A stretch of 64,000 bases of DNA from Lingula anatina (GCA_051362555.1 CM120640.1:54104788-54168787), one strand, 5' to 3'; positions 1 through 12,129 are shown, numbered from the stretch's first letter. A program made the numbers and translations. Notes: a model not told the origin generated them from the letters alone.

Positions 1-62
1 CAATAAACATTTAGGATCTATCATACTGTGTGGCCCAGTAGAGACTGTTACACTAAAATAAC

Positions 63-281
63 CAGGGGCGGATCCAGGATTATCTGAAGGGGGTGTCCGC
101 GGATATGAAGTGTGGGGTTTGGAGTCTGGTATTTTAGCTGGCGAATGGGGCCATTCGTACAGTTTAGAGCAGCTTGTCAAAATTCTAATTTGAAGAGGGA
201 ACCTTTGGTATGTTTTTTTTTTTTTTTCTGAAATCGGAGGGGGGGTCAGAACACCCCTGACACCCCCTAAATCTGCCACTG
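63..281 (+). mobile_element. Non-autonomous DNA transposon (MITE) family A, copy 1; hAT5-like (CAG termini, 5-bp TSD)
   Basis: Starts CAGGGGCGGATCCAGGA and ends ATCTGCCACTG (imperfect TIR). Flanked by ATAAC on both sides (58-62, 282-286). Internal sequence (aattctaattt..agaggg..gggtc..acccc) recurs at 12455, 12935 and 19979. Confidence 0.7.
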
Positions 282-1777
282 ATAACCCATTTGATGTGAA
301 AAAAGCCTCACAATAACATGGCCTACCTTAGATGACAAAAACCTCTCCATTCAGCATATTAAAATTTTACAAATTTTAATATTTTACTAAGGCATGTAAT
401 GTCTGTTTTATGCAGAAGAATTAATCATCACACTTGTTTCCAAGTATGATCACTCTGTCAGTAGATCTTCCTCTTGACTATAGGTACAAAAATCACACTT
501 TATTTTAAATTGAAGTCAGATATATGTGAACTAATATCAGCTTTCCACAGTCATTTCATACGATATACACATGTTCACTGGTTCCTTATATACAGCAGAA
601 GGACCATCTCCTGTACCTGAACATTAAAAAAGTATGACTTGATGGGCCAAAGTACTTACAAGTGACAATTGTGCCGGGGTGAAACATACTGTATTTGGCA
701 AACAATGTGGCAGGTGATATGTTGCCCATCAACATCTGATTGTGTTGGTCTTTTTAAGGGTTTTTATATTTTGTATGTATTCTGATTGGTCCGTCTGTCC
801 GTGTCATCACAGTCACGACGTTTGCCCCAAAACAGCCAAACCATATTTTTGTTTTACTTTAATTTACTGAGTGGCTTGTTTGGTAAAGAGGCAGGTTTAC
901 TTTTTGTGTATGTGTGTGAAATTTTAGCACTTTCAGTAGCTTTTATATCCTGTGGAACTGAATCATTTGCTAGTTTTTCAGTGTCCATGTTACCTGAAGT
1001 ACATAATTTAAGAGGGTAAACGTGACTATCCTGTTTTAAGGCATTATGAAACAGTGCATCAAAATTGGCCAAAACATTATTTTGTGCACTTTTTTCTATG
1101 CAATGTCTGAACATTTGACAGCTTTTCTGCCTTGTTTCCTGTATGGCATCTGAATATTTGGCAGCTTTGCTCTCTAGTTATCTTCGTTTTCAAAAAAAAA
1201 ATGTCATCATAATTGTGAAAAGTCTTTACTTGATGACTACAAGTTCTCCCATAATGTACTGATGACCTTTGAAAATGACACATCAATCAGTAGTTAATCC
1301 AAGTAAGGAAAGTGAAGTTGACAATATAACTTAAATTATCAGGAGTATAACACTGCATCTACCCTGTACATCTACTTACTGTTTTGCTTTCATATTGGTA
1401 AATTAGGTTAATTTGGTTGTATATTTTCTTTGTATATTACTTAAACTAACATGTTCATTTATTTGTTTATTGTAGTAAGTTTTGTGTAAGTGTACTTACA
1501 AATATGAGTATGCTTGACCGAAAAAGTTCAGAAACAATATGTTGAATAATTATTAAACAACCATAAAAGCTAAGGTAAATATTTTAACCACATATTGATA
1601 GGTAATGCAGCAATTATTCATTCCTTTTTTATATACTTTGAAGAATTTCCCACAACATTACGTAGTTTTTAATTATTGAAGAACAATTTCATTTTTCTGA
1701 ACTTTTTTGGTCAGTTGTAAATAAGGTGGTTTTGGTGTAGAGCATCCTTTTACTCAGTGCTGTCAGTGTTTTATTAA

Positions 1778-2073
1778 AGGGATAATAACTCTTCGTATGA
1801 GATCTATATTTCACAATAAAAACATTGTGAATAGCTCATAGAAATATAATATATTCTGTTTTACCACAAAAATGGCAGTTATAGCTATTATTCTGATATC
1901 TGAGCTTGTCTTTAGACCACGTGACCTCCATTGATGGCTATACTTTTTAGAAAAAAAACAGGGACTAACTTTGAATGTAAAAATGGATTCATTAACCATT
2001 GGTAAGTATGGGAATATTGTTGTTTACTCCAGGAAAATTAATTTTTTGGTCGGAACGAAGAGTTATTATCCCT
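1778..2073 (+). mobile_element. Kolobok-like MITE, copy 1
   Basis: TIR AGGGATAATAACTCTTCGT / ACGAAGAGTTATTATCCCT, TTAA on both sides (1774-1777, 2074-2077). Near-identical inverted copy at 46519-46895. TTAA TSD with RR termini is the Kolobok signature. Confidence 0.8.
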
Positions 2074-2230
2074 TTAAGTGGTTTGCAGGATACAGCCTGT
2101 CACCGAGATTCAATTGCAGGCCATCTCTGTCTCTTGCCACTGTCTTTATATATTCAAAGATGTTTGGAGAAATAATAGGGGCAGATTACTTGCAGCTATG
2201 AAATACTAATAAAACCATGTTTTTTTCTAG

Positions 2231-2382
2231 AACAAAGAGCTAGAAGTGGTGAGCAGACCAAGAGTAGGCACCCCCAAAATTATTTTTATCAAGACCTTGA
2301 AGGAGGAACCACGGTGTATGCTGTACCAGAAACAACAGGTAGTATGATTTAAATGTGAAAATGCAACAGATGTGGGCAGTGC

Positions 2383-2427
<45 letters not shown>

Positions 2428-4435
2428 TGCGGGATGTTGAGACAGTTATCATCTCTCAGAGTAAGACAATGGAAGAGGTCTGTAAACCTAACCACCCATT
2501 TGCCAGGAAAAAATATTCCCTTTGTATCAAAATTTGATCTAGGTTCTGTCATTATAGTATACAGGTAACTTTTTGAGAAAAAGGACCAACCCCCTCCTTT
2601 GAAATTTCTGGCTAAAAAAAGGTCTGTATCATATGGTTCACATGTACAATTTTGTTAACAAATTACTTGAGAAATTGTTAGCTGAGGACACCTTGTTTAG
2701 AGAATGAGCATTTCATACATCCTGTGGTTACACGTAAATAATTGATACAAAATATTTCATTTAATTTATCCATCAAGGTACAATGTTATCTTTTGTAACC
2801 TTTTCTAATATATATCCTAAAAATTGGTTGGCCCTAAAACTAAATACACTTTATCATTATGTGCCTGATATAGTTTTGTGGGTATTTACCAGGGTGTTGC
2901 AACAGAAAGTTTGATCTTATCCTTATATTCCATTTTACCTCTGGCTAAATGGCACAGATACAGTTATTTATACTGTTCAAAACAAAATTACAACAAAAAA
3001 AAAGAAAGAATATTGGGATGTTCAGAGAACTGTCACAGATATTTCTATTCAACTTGTGTTGATAACTGATAACTGACATTGATTAAATCTCTCTGATTCA
3101 GAAAAAAATTAGTCTGGGGCATAGACAAAAATAGTAAAACTCAGTTTAGGTAATTATCTTCTTTCATTTTCTGTAATTTAGATTGACATTCCACGAGTTT
3201 ACATTGGTCTGAAAGGTGGGCGCCTGGTGATACTTGACCCAGCAGAAAGCATGCCTGCTCATTCTAAAGCTTCTCCATTCAAATGGAGAGAGCAGAAGAC
3301 ATTATTTGTGCAGCCAAAGGACCAGCTGGACATGCCTGTATCCTGCATGATCATAGTAAACCAGGGCCAGGAGCTGTGGGTGGGATGTGGGCACTCCATC
3401 AGTATTATCAGCACAAAGACATTTATGGTGGAGGAACGCATTCAGGCATTTATGCAGTCAAAACTGGTTGTAGGGACTATGGTGTGTTCAGGCAATCATG
3501 CATGGGTTGTCAGCCATAAGGCACCACTGGTGAAGGAATACAACACTCAGACCAGAGAGGTTTGCTCTATTTTGGACTGCTCATATAATCATCCACTGGA
3601 CTGCAACATTGCATCACCAGATTTGCCTGAAGTGGATATCTTATTAGAAAGTTCCTCCAGCGCGAGTGAGGCAGATGATGAGAGGGAAGAGGATGGAGAT
3701 GAAGAGAAGGAGGAGGAAGTCAGTGTATCCATGAAACCACTTGATCCACCATCATCACCAGAAACAGGTGAGGAATTACAAGCAGACAAATTACGTCGGC
3801 CAGGGGATTTTGCCACAAACACAGTTCATGATTTACCAGAACCAGGAAAGTCCTTCATCAAGAGTGAACATTCAGTCACAGGAACTACTGGTAATGAGTC
3901 AGACTCAGAAGGCAGCAGTCTTAGACCCCATCCTCCATTAGCACGATCACATGCTCTGCGCGGTCATACTTTACCAAACAGAGCCACCACCATTGCCACT
4001 CCATCTGCCCGTAGAGATGTGCAACCACTAAGGGGTAGAGTGAAGTCCGACATCATATGTCCAGGACTGCGTACAACATTCAACAGTAAGACCCGGGTAT
4101 TATCTTTAGCCATTGTCCAGGACACCATTTGGGTTGGACGAGCTGGAGGAGATATACTGGTGGTGAATGTAAGCAGGAAGGAACCACATGGCTATGACTA
4201 TGGTCGTGTGTTGGCCCAGCTTACATACAAGGATTTGCCTGAATTCAAGGGAGGGGAGGTAGACCAGCTGTTCTGTGTGTTTGGAGACCAGGTGATTGCT
4301 GTGCGTCACTTTGTCAGGCGACCTACAGCAGAGGTAACTGCAGATGTGATAGCCCCTGAGGAATGTACCCAGTTGCTACTGTGGGAGGCATATGGAACTG
4401 ACTTGATACATAGGGTGCATAGTGTGTGGAACTAA
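2231..4435 (+). CDS. LRRK1: 3' exons of an LRRK1-like (Roco kinase) gene: C-terminal WD40 beta-propeller; exons 2231-2338 and 3182-4435; gene starts upstream
   Basis: In-frame GT-AG splice gives NKELEVVSRP...YQKQQ|IDIPRVYIGLKGGRLVIL. The terminus DTIWVGRAGGDILVVN..YGRVLAQL..QLLLWEAYG resembles, from memory, the LRRK1 C-terminus (LIWVPRRGGDVIVI..GRVIAVL..LAVWRGWG). Long acidic/Ser insert splits the propeller. Kinase, ROC and LRR domains are not in the window. Confidence 0.65.
2385..2426. repeat. poly(T) tract
   Basis: About 42 consecutive T in an intron; source of spurious poly-K/poly-F ORFs. Similar tracts near 41662-41703 and 43600-43637, poly(A) near 62872-62898. Confidence 0.95.
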
Positions 4436-5058
4436 TGTGAACATATTCTGATGTATGTACTGACATTCCTTCATTGCATGGGTGACATCGAGGTCTTTAT
4501 GCTTTTCAAGGAGTTTATTTTTTACAGAAATGTGCCGTGAATTTCAAAAAGCTTGTTAACTTCTAACAATCTTAAAAGCAGCCATCTGGGTTTTTTTGGG
4601 AAGCATGAATTTCGACCAGTAAGCCATTGTGCAAATGTTATATCACCCTATACAGACTGCACCATGGGTTTGATTGGATAAATGTCTACTGATGGACAAC
4701 AATCACCAGTTAGTTGCATAATGAAGAATTATTGAATAAATATAATTTTGATATCTATTGTATTGATAACAGCAACCGGTAGATTTCAAGGTACATGTGC
4801 ATCTTTTCAGTTAATTTGAAGGTTAAATCATCAGGTTCTTTCAAATTTCTCTGTATCATTATATGCACACCAAAGTGACTAATCAATTTTGTCTGATCTC
4901 TTGCAATACAAATATATTAGCATTATTTCTGTTAAAAGGAGATTGACAAAGGTAAAATTTGCCAACTTCAAACTAATGTATGTGTGAGAAATACATTTGA
5001 CAAAAAATAGGAGTTGTATATTTTCAAAATCAATAAACATTTTCAGTTGTAGAGTCTG

Positions 5059-5107
<49 letters not shown>
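5059..5107. repeat. (AGAT)n microsatellite
   Basis: About 12 perfect AGAT units. Confidence 0.95.
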
Positions 5108-6272
5108 CTGGTATATCTGTGCCAAGCTAAGTAGAGAAGCAGCTCTTTGCTGTTTTACAGTGTTTATATACGTATATATTATTCTGCATATATTTTCATA
5201 TATTAGATTATATTTGGTCTTTTAGGTTTAAATAAAGACAATTTGAAGTAGCTTCATGATAAATATATAGGTGTAGCTTCATGATTACTAGATACAACCC
5301 AAATGACAGATTAAAAATTTTTTTTTAAAAAAAAGGGTAATATTAAACTGCTGAATTTTATATGTATACTGGGATGAGTTGATAAATCAAACCGATGAAT
5401 GCACAGTAAGATTTATCTGGTTAGTTTAATTCAACTTTTGCTGACCTTGGGATAGATAACTAGTGACTTGTTCAAATTACTGAGGGTTATTGGGGATAAA
5501 GAGCTTTGCAAGATGTTTTATTTTATATTGTTTTATAGGATAAGTAATTTGACATTTTTAATACAAATCGGAGGTTGATAAATTGTAGGATTTTTCTTGC
5601 CATAATAATAATCATTCATGTTTATGATTTTTATAGTAAGTTGATAGCTTATGCCACAACTCTTTTGAGTTATTTTTAAAACTATGATATTGTGATACAG
5701 AAAAACGAAGATCAAACTACTGCTGTATGTTACTATTTTACTGTACTATAGCTGGAGGTGCTTTCTGTGATTAGAAGTTTTTTATATATGATGATTAATA
5801 ATAATTTTTGTTAGTTAATGAAACTACTTCAGTGATGGCTGTGATCCAATTCAATTTGTGAAGTCGTCTTTTAAAACAGTTTCAACTATAACCACCAGAT
5901 TTTCTAAAATATGGTAGGAATGGCAAACATGTCATTCAATCCCTTCAAGTCACCCTAACCTCTTCAAGTAACTTGACACGATGGAGATAGGCTACAGTGA
6001 AGAGGTTAGTGTCAAGTTATCTCTGAAGCTCAGGGTGCTTCAAGTTTGAATGCAACTAAAAATAGCCTTCTCTTGCATGAACAATATCCTGTCAATTGCA
6101 CAAAAATCTGTCTGCGTATCTTTTCAAGTTAACTTTTGCATATGAAACTTAGATCGAAGCAGTTCTTTTTATACTAAAGCATATGTGGTGTCATGGTACA
6201 GTGCAGAAAAGACTCCCAGGCGTTCCTACTGCTCCGTTGCACCGGTTTGTCTGCAACCGGCGTCCGCTATGT

Positions 6273-6740
6273 TTATGTTCTGACCTCGCTTTTTGGTTTA
6301 TTTTCGAAATTGAGAGCAGGTTGCCTTTGTGCACTCCAACAAGTTGGGCACCCAACGGACAGTGGAAAGCTGTAAACCAATCGACGATGCCTAACAGAAT
6401 TTGGACACAACGGCCCAGGTTGTATGTCTAATGGCGACGTGGTTGCAATTCCCTCAGAATATAAGCGTGACCTTTCTGTAAGGATCATGAAACTACCATT
6501 TCTGTTAGTAGAAGCCTGGCGTAGGCCTACATGGCTTCGATCCGTATCCGGTGTCTCTAAACCATTTGGCAGAAATACACGAAAGTTGTTCCTTTTGCAG
6601 CAATCTGCTGTAAGTTTCCAATTTTCCAGATCGTGTTCTGTTACTTCAGCAGAGACTCGTGATCGATGGAGTTTACTTTTTGGACGCCTTTCTTTTTGCT
6701 TGGTGGTCTTTTGAACTTGGCAATTTTCTTCAGCCATCAT
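6273..6740 (-). CDS. Hypothetical ~155-aa basic, probably disordered protein (single coding exon)
   Basis: ORF MMAEENCQVQK...SEVRT*. A good acceptor (tttttcag) lies 8 nt before the ATG, and upstream GTAAGT donors near 7285 and 7352 suggest spliced 5'UTR exons. No recognisable domain. Confidence 0.45.
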   Translation of the reverse strand: MMAEENCQVQKTTKQKERRPKSKLHRSRVSAEVTEHDLENWKLTADCCKRNNFRVFLPNGLETPDTDRSHVGLRQASTNRNGSFMILTERSRLYSEGIATTSPLDIQPGPLCPNSVRHRRLVYSFPLSVGCPTCWSAQRQPALNFENKPKSEVRT

Positions 6741-6930
6741 CTTAAAATCTGAAAAACATGGATCAACTCTTACTCATTCACAGGGGCACAATATATATAT
6801 ATATATACCTGTATGATCATAATTCTACATTTTACCAAGTAACACCTCTACTATCTTTTATTACATTGGTCCGGTAATTTAGTGCTTATAATATAATAAA
6901 CACCAACGTGGAGAATTACACGCGAGAGTG

Positions 6931-7033
6931 TAGCACGAAAATTCATGCGTTAGCACTCCTATTGACGATTCTGATATGTACTGGCTGTGCTGTGTGTCAA
7001 TAAAGGAGTGCTAACGTATGGATTTTCGTGCTA
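6931..7033. mobile_element. 103-bp Mutator(MULE)-like MITE
   Basis: TIR TAGCACGAAAATTCATGCGTTAGCACTCCT / AGGAGTGCTAACGTATGGATTTTCGTGCTA with perfect 9-bp TSD GCGAGAGTG (6922-6930, 7034-7042). Confidence 0.8.
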
Positions 7034-7828
7034 GCGAGAGTGCCGAGGCACGTTCCTCAAATTTTCACAAAATATTTTTCTGATAAGGCTGGCCCAGACG
7101 GGTTGTCTGAATCTTCTCTCCCCTACCCTATCCGCGGTCCGTTCGCCTCGTCATTTTCAGACTCTGACTATTCTATTTTGGGCGCATGTACGTATGCCTG
7201 GTAGACCTATGATAAATAAATACTGTAGACTAGAAAAAAATTAAATTTTTAAATTTGTTTAAATTGAAAATTGCTCCGTACTTACCACAATGCTAGTAAG
7301 TCCTAAAATATCCACGAAACAGTTGAGTTCGTCTCGGGTCTTGACATACTTACCGAAAAGAACAAAGACAAAACGTTTTCATTGACTGTATACTTCTCTA
7401 GTGTAATTACTGCGACCAGTGCCCGCGTCCAGCGTAATTTCATGCAGATTTGATGTTTATCATGGCGACGTGACGTTTATCACATTGCGCGTACGTTGCA
7501 CAGTGGTTGTCTTGACAGCCTTGGATATTGCGTCACATTGGCGAAAATACTATAAGTACTATGTGACCATAATTTACATATTGTATTTTTATCTTTTATA
7601 TTTATTCTATAATTGGAAATTTAATTGATTATAGGTCCCATGAAAATATATAATAATTGTGCTAAAATAAAATGTTTGTGTGGCTATAAGTTTGAAGTTT
7701 GTCATTTCCTTATTGCAAATATTCTTTTTTTGTTAACAAGTTGAGAAGCAAAAGCTGAACGGTACATTGTAACTTCGTTGGTAGTCCATTGACCGCATTT
7801 TGTTTAGATTTAACGAATTAAGTATCAT

Positions 7829-9794
7829 TTAATTTCGTCTCAATCTCTGTATAAGTCTTCGAACGACGTTTCTAGATTGGGGGAAAGATGCTATGGTTTC
7901 AGAAGAATCTTCCGACTCGGTGATATCACTGTTTATCTCGGTTACAGTGTCCAAATTAATATCGTTAGACGTTTCTGTATCAGTTTCGGTACCTGTGTCA
8001 GAATCGTTTTTATCATTATCGGTTTCAGTGTCAGATTCTAAATGGATGTCTGACTCCGTTGAAGTTCCAGTGCTTATGAATGTTATCTTTTTTATTTCAA
8101 TATGTTGGTCAGTGGCTGCCTTGGATTGGAATGGCAGCTCCCATAATGGATATTCTTCTGTTAAATTGCATTGCACTCCAGTGCACTTGGTTCTAACATA
8201 TTCAGTATTAGTAGAATTGCTACGAACAGTTACCAAATTCCAAAAGTCTTGGGTGCGTCCTCGATCCGATGCTTCGGAAAATTCGTTGGCTAAATGTCTT
8301 TCTGAATCCGGAAATGGGCTTTCTGAATCCCGTAAGAGGCCGCTGTCCGTCTCCGAATGTGATGCTTCCTGGGCATAGTATTCTGCCAAAGAATGAAAAT
8401 CGGGAGCACGGTTTTCGTGTGGCATCGGGCTATTTCCACGATAGTTATGTCTGTTTCGGTTGGAGGCAAGAGTTACGTGCAGTGGTAGGTTAGGAAGCCA
8501 ATGTACATCCAATCTTTTGAGAAATTCATGCACATGTTGCCTAATCGAATAATCTGGTCGTGTTCCCCTTAAAGAAGAAAAATGGTAAATCAGCACCACG
8601 ATAGTGACCCTTTACATATGCTTGCTCCTCCAGTAACGTTCACCTCATTTTTTTTTTTTTTACGTTGTCATATGTACTTAATTTGCTTTGATATTTACCG
8701 CAATCCGTGCGTTCTACTCATGCGTCCAATAAATTCTCATTCACTAACACTTACCTTGGTAAGCATTCATCCCCATTAGAATCCAGGAAAGAAAGATCAA
8801 CTCTCTTATTAGTCTTATCATCCAAAGCATCCAGCAGTCTCCTGAGCAGCCCTGACAGCAATTCTGTCCTGCGAATGGCGACAGTTAGCCTGGAATACGA
8901 TTTATAAAGCTCTCTGTCCACGTCCTCGATCCTTTTCTCCAGCCAACCTATGTGGTTATGTAGGAAGAACACTGGGGGGAGAGAATGTAATTTTTAATGG
9001 TAATAGGCCTATATACACTGTGCAAATGCTTTTTTTCCTTCAGACAAAGAAGCAAATCTACATTCAAATCATTACTGCATTTATTTTTTACTTGAAATGT
9101 TGATATTACGCCAGTGATTTTGTAAAACTGTTTTGAAACAAATGTAGCAAAACTGTTTTTGATAATGGATTTATCTTTATTTATTGCCTGGCCAATATTA
9201 TTATGATCTAAGACGAATGTATATATAATATTGGCGTGACCATTTGGTTATATACTGTTAACTATTACAACTGTTTATCTCAGAGAAGGTGGACAAAGAG
9301 ATACACAAAGTTGGCCTGTAAACGTAGCGGAAATAAACGTTTGGCCTGTTTTACGGGCTTTCTATTTGACCAAATTCCATAATAGAAATACGCCATAAAT
9401 GAGCTTTAAATGTAAAATGTGAATACGTATATTGTACTAATACATGGTAGGTCCAGGTCATTTATATTAACCCTGTTTTTAGTACTGGACTTGAACTATG
9501 AAAACCATTTGTCTCATTTACTCATAGAACTGATTTTAAAGGACAAAATTATTCCATTTGCAGAATACTCACTGTCTGTGAGCGGTACTCGGAGGTATGG
9601 TCCATTGCACCCCCGCCGTTGAAGCTCAACTTGATCTTTATGAACCTGTACCTGAATCATCTGAGGGACAGTGAAAGAGTCCCAAAATCTGCAGCAATAG
9701 ATGTACATATAAATAGAGCTAGACGCATACAAAGATAAATTTATTATCTCATTATAACTCACGTCCTTTTTACAAAACTGGTCTGTGCTGACAT
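7829..9794 (-). CDS. Uncharacterised ~367-aa protein, 4 coding exons (9794-9763, 9688-9573, 8971-8755, 8567-7829)
   Basis: All three introns are GT-AG and intron phases (2,1,2) join into one frame: MSAQTSFVKRTFWDSFTVPQMIQVQV...LTDMFFLHNHIGWLEKRIEDVDREL...ECLPRGTRPDYSIRQHVHEF... Acidic Thr/Ser/Asp-rich C-terminus with basic tail. Start codon uncertain. Confidence 0.75.
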
Positions 9795-10792
9795 TTGAAT
9801 ATTTCTAACAAGATAACTCCACGTGATTTCAACATAATGACAAACCTGGAGATGCTTTCTTTGAAATTCAAATCGAAGCGATTATACCCATCTCTGCCCG
9901 TATCGGCGAAGGCTGACTGATTTAGCCAATAGCAAGCTCTGACTGATTCGTCCACGAACTGCATAGCTCTCTTGCTTTCTATAGAGCCATAATTCTATCT
10001 GAAATGGTTTAATGAAATTCAGAATGATATAGATATTAATTTTGTTGTTGATCGCTATTACTTCATATTCATTATAAAAATTGTGTTTTTGTCTATTGCA
10101 GACATAGTGTCTACCTTTCCTCACTTGGCCCACTCAAAACGTTGTCAGGATATACAGCCTTTTGTGTTGTCACGTGTCAGCAGGATCTTTGTGACGTCCC
10201 ACATTGGTGACGTCCGAAGACCAAATTACGTTTTGATCTCGTGAGAATAACGTTTTCTTGTAGCATTTGTCGTTACTTCTCAGTAAAATATTAAATTGTC
10301 CATCCGGTAGAATACAACGGCGGATGACACAAAGCACCACTGCTATGCTATTATTGATGTAAATTTCTTTTTTGTTATAAAAAACATATATAGAAATTTA
10401 AATTATCGTGCTTTATTATGAGACCAAAAACAGACGACTCTTCACAGGTTGATGGATATTTTATTTATAGAATTTAATTGCAATATTGCTATAAGTGCAT
10501 TATGTGTTTATCAGTAGGACCACAATTGTTTTGATTCGTTTAAAATTTAAATTATCAAGGTTTTTCTTCAAAAGCAACTACATTACTTAACAAGATGAAC
10601 GCTTCTTCCACTGCGTTTGAGCAGTTAATGGGACGAGGTGGGAACTGTTTCGCAATTCTAATTTAAAACTCCCAACTCGGGTGATCGAGCCACTTCGTAA
10701 ATAGACGGGCTAACTTCTGGGGTCATTGTTACTCTGGCTATGGAAATTCTATTCACACATGACTTCAAAGATCCATGGCGAACCACCACGAT

Positions 10793-11800
10793 CTATGTTT
10801 GAAATGTGATATGTCGCTCTTCTTTGAAAAGACGTAGAACAAATCTACCCGCCGCGGACTTCCTCCGTCGCTCGACCTCTTTGCGATAACGAGGAGGCAA
10901 CGGGTCTTTGCTGAAGGAGAAAAGCCCGCCATCCATTTCAGTTGGTAGGATCAGAGGGTATGAGAGGGCTGCAAACGCGATATCAGTCCCAGAAGCCTGT
11001 CTTGTGCCTAATATATACTTTCGACCATCGGACAACAGTTGGTTGACCTTGTCCCATGTTTTATCAACTTGCTCTATATTTGCTTTGAATGTCACTTGAT
11101 CGTCGACTTTCAGACTGAGTTTGATTATCAACTCATAACCAGGCCACAGGAATGGTAGCAATACAGATTGCCATTTTGAAATTCCTTTTTTGCACACTTG
11201 TAATAATTGTTTTTTATCGTCGTCTTCCTTTGCCGTGAAAAAATAATGGTATACACATCTCATGACAGCCTGACCATACGAATCGTCAGCTGAGAGGTTC
11301 ATTTCAAATTCTTCCGCAACCCTGGATGGGAAAACCCAGTCCTCTCCGAATCGTTCGTTATTCAAGTCCCCGAGGAAGCGGAGGCAAGCGTGTGAAGTTG
11401 GCAAGACACGATGATCGGGGTGGGTTATCATAATAGGAACGGCACGATTGGAGCCCAGAGTTTGGAACAGGCTAACAAAATAATGGAAGATTGGCCCTAC
11501 AGACCTCTCGTCATATGGCTCTCCAGCCATGTCAAATGCCCACCTCACTGTCTCGCAAAAGGGAGAAAACGGCATTGTTATCAAAACGTGTGTTTTGGTA
11601 TTTCCACCGGAGATTAAACTGTGCGCCCATCTAACTGAGCTTGAAATTAATGCTGACGTTCTTGGGAACCAGGTCGATAATTTGGTGTACACTATAATGT
11701 AAAGCTGCCACACCATCAGGGCGATCCAAATGTAGACGAAGGCCAGAATGCCAAAAACTTCCCTCATTAGTGACTGCAGCCAACTCCGGACGTCTGCCAT
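10793..11800 (-). CDS. Glutathione S-transferase family protein with N-terminal membrane anchor; intronless CDS, bacterial-type sequence
   Basis: GST-N motif LITMPFSPFCETVRWAFD..GEPY, cis-Pro VPIM, GST-C LSDGRKYILG..SGTDIAFAAL..PLILP and terminal AGRFVLRLFKEER. Hydrophobic segment VFGILAFVYIWIALMVWQLYIIVY. Likely ATG at 11800 (gccATGg) directly after an acceptor (gatttgcag). Confidence 0.85.
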   Translation of the reverse strand: MADVRSWLQSLMREVFGILAFVYIWIALMVWQLYIIVYTKLSTWFPRTSALISSSVRWAHSLISGGNTKTHVLITMPFSPFCETVRWAFDMAGEPYDERSVGPIFHYFVSLFQTLGSNRAVPIMITHPDHRVLPTSHACLRFLGDLNNERFGEDWVFPSRVAEEFEMNLSADDSYGQAVMRCVYHYFFTAKEDDDKKQLLQVCKKGISKWQSVLLPFLWPGYELIIKLSLKVDDQVTFKANIEQVDKTWDKVNQLLSDGRKYILGTRQASGTDIAFAALSYPLILPTEMDGGLFSFSKDPLPPRYRKEVERRRKSAAGRFVLRLFKEERHITFQT

Positions 11801-12102
11801 GGCCTGCAAATCAATGAAGTGAAGAGGCTTACATTAAAACGTTCAGTAAAGATTGTCAAAAAATTGGCAAAATTTGAATTGCTTGATATTAATATCTAAT
11901 TGGTTCGGCCTACCTAGAATTCAACAAAAAATGTTATGTAGGATCCCAGAGCCTGCATACCATGCAAAAATACTCGATAACGGACACCTTACTCTCCTAG
12001 CGCTCTTACTATGTAGATGTAATAAGTTGTAAAAGGAAACGCATGATTCAACAGTTATGTAAAGGTCCACACGTTATATCGGGATGACACATTTGACCCA
12101 GA

Positions 12103-12129
12103 CATGGACGAATGTATAATTCGTCCATG
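12103..12129. mobile_element. 27-bp palindromic insertion with 7-bp TSD (P-superfamily-like footprint)
   Basis: ACCCAGA-CATGGACGAAT-GTATA-ATTCGTCCATG-ACCCAGA. Confidence 0.6.

Noticed and set aside
600-1290. Coding-looking minus-strand ORFs (854-1114, 1077-1286) and possible upstream LRRK1 exons at 416-712
   Set aside because: Stops in all frames tried and no phase-consistent exon model; probably intronic or decayed sequence.
2240-2552. Poly-Lys/poly-Phe ORFs (also 41472-41750)
   Set aside because: Artefacts of poly(T) tracts.
8755-8830. Faint resemblance of the orphan protein (RVDLSFLDSNGDECLPRG) to PC4-like ssDNA-binding domains
   Set aside because: Too short and missing the diagnostic residues; not supportable without a profile search.
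10168-10216. E-box and two TGACGTC CRE-like sites upstream of the orphan gene (similar CACGTGACGT near 39160)
   Set aside because: Short motifs expected by chance; no TSS evidence.
10793-11809. Bacterial contamination as the source of the GST
   Set aside because: Embedded among host repeats, preceded by a splice acceptor and Kozak-like ATG, no neighbouring bacterial genes; read-level confirmation is still advisable.
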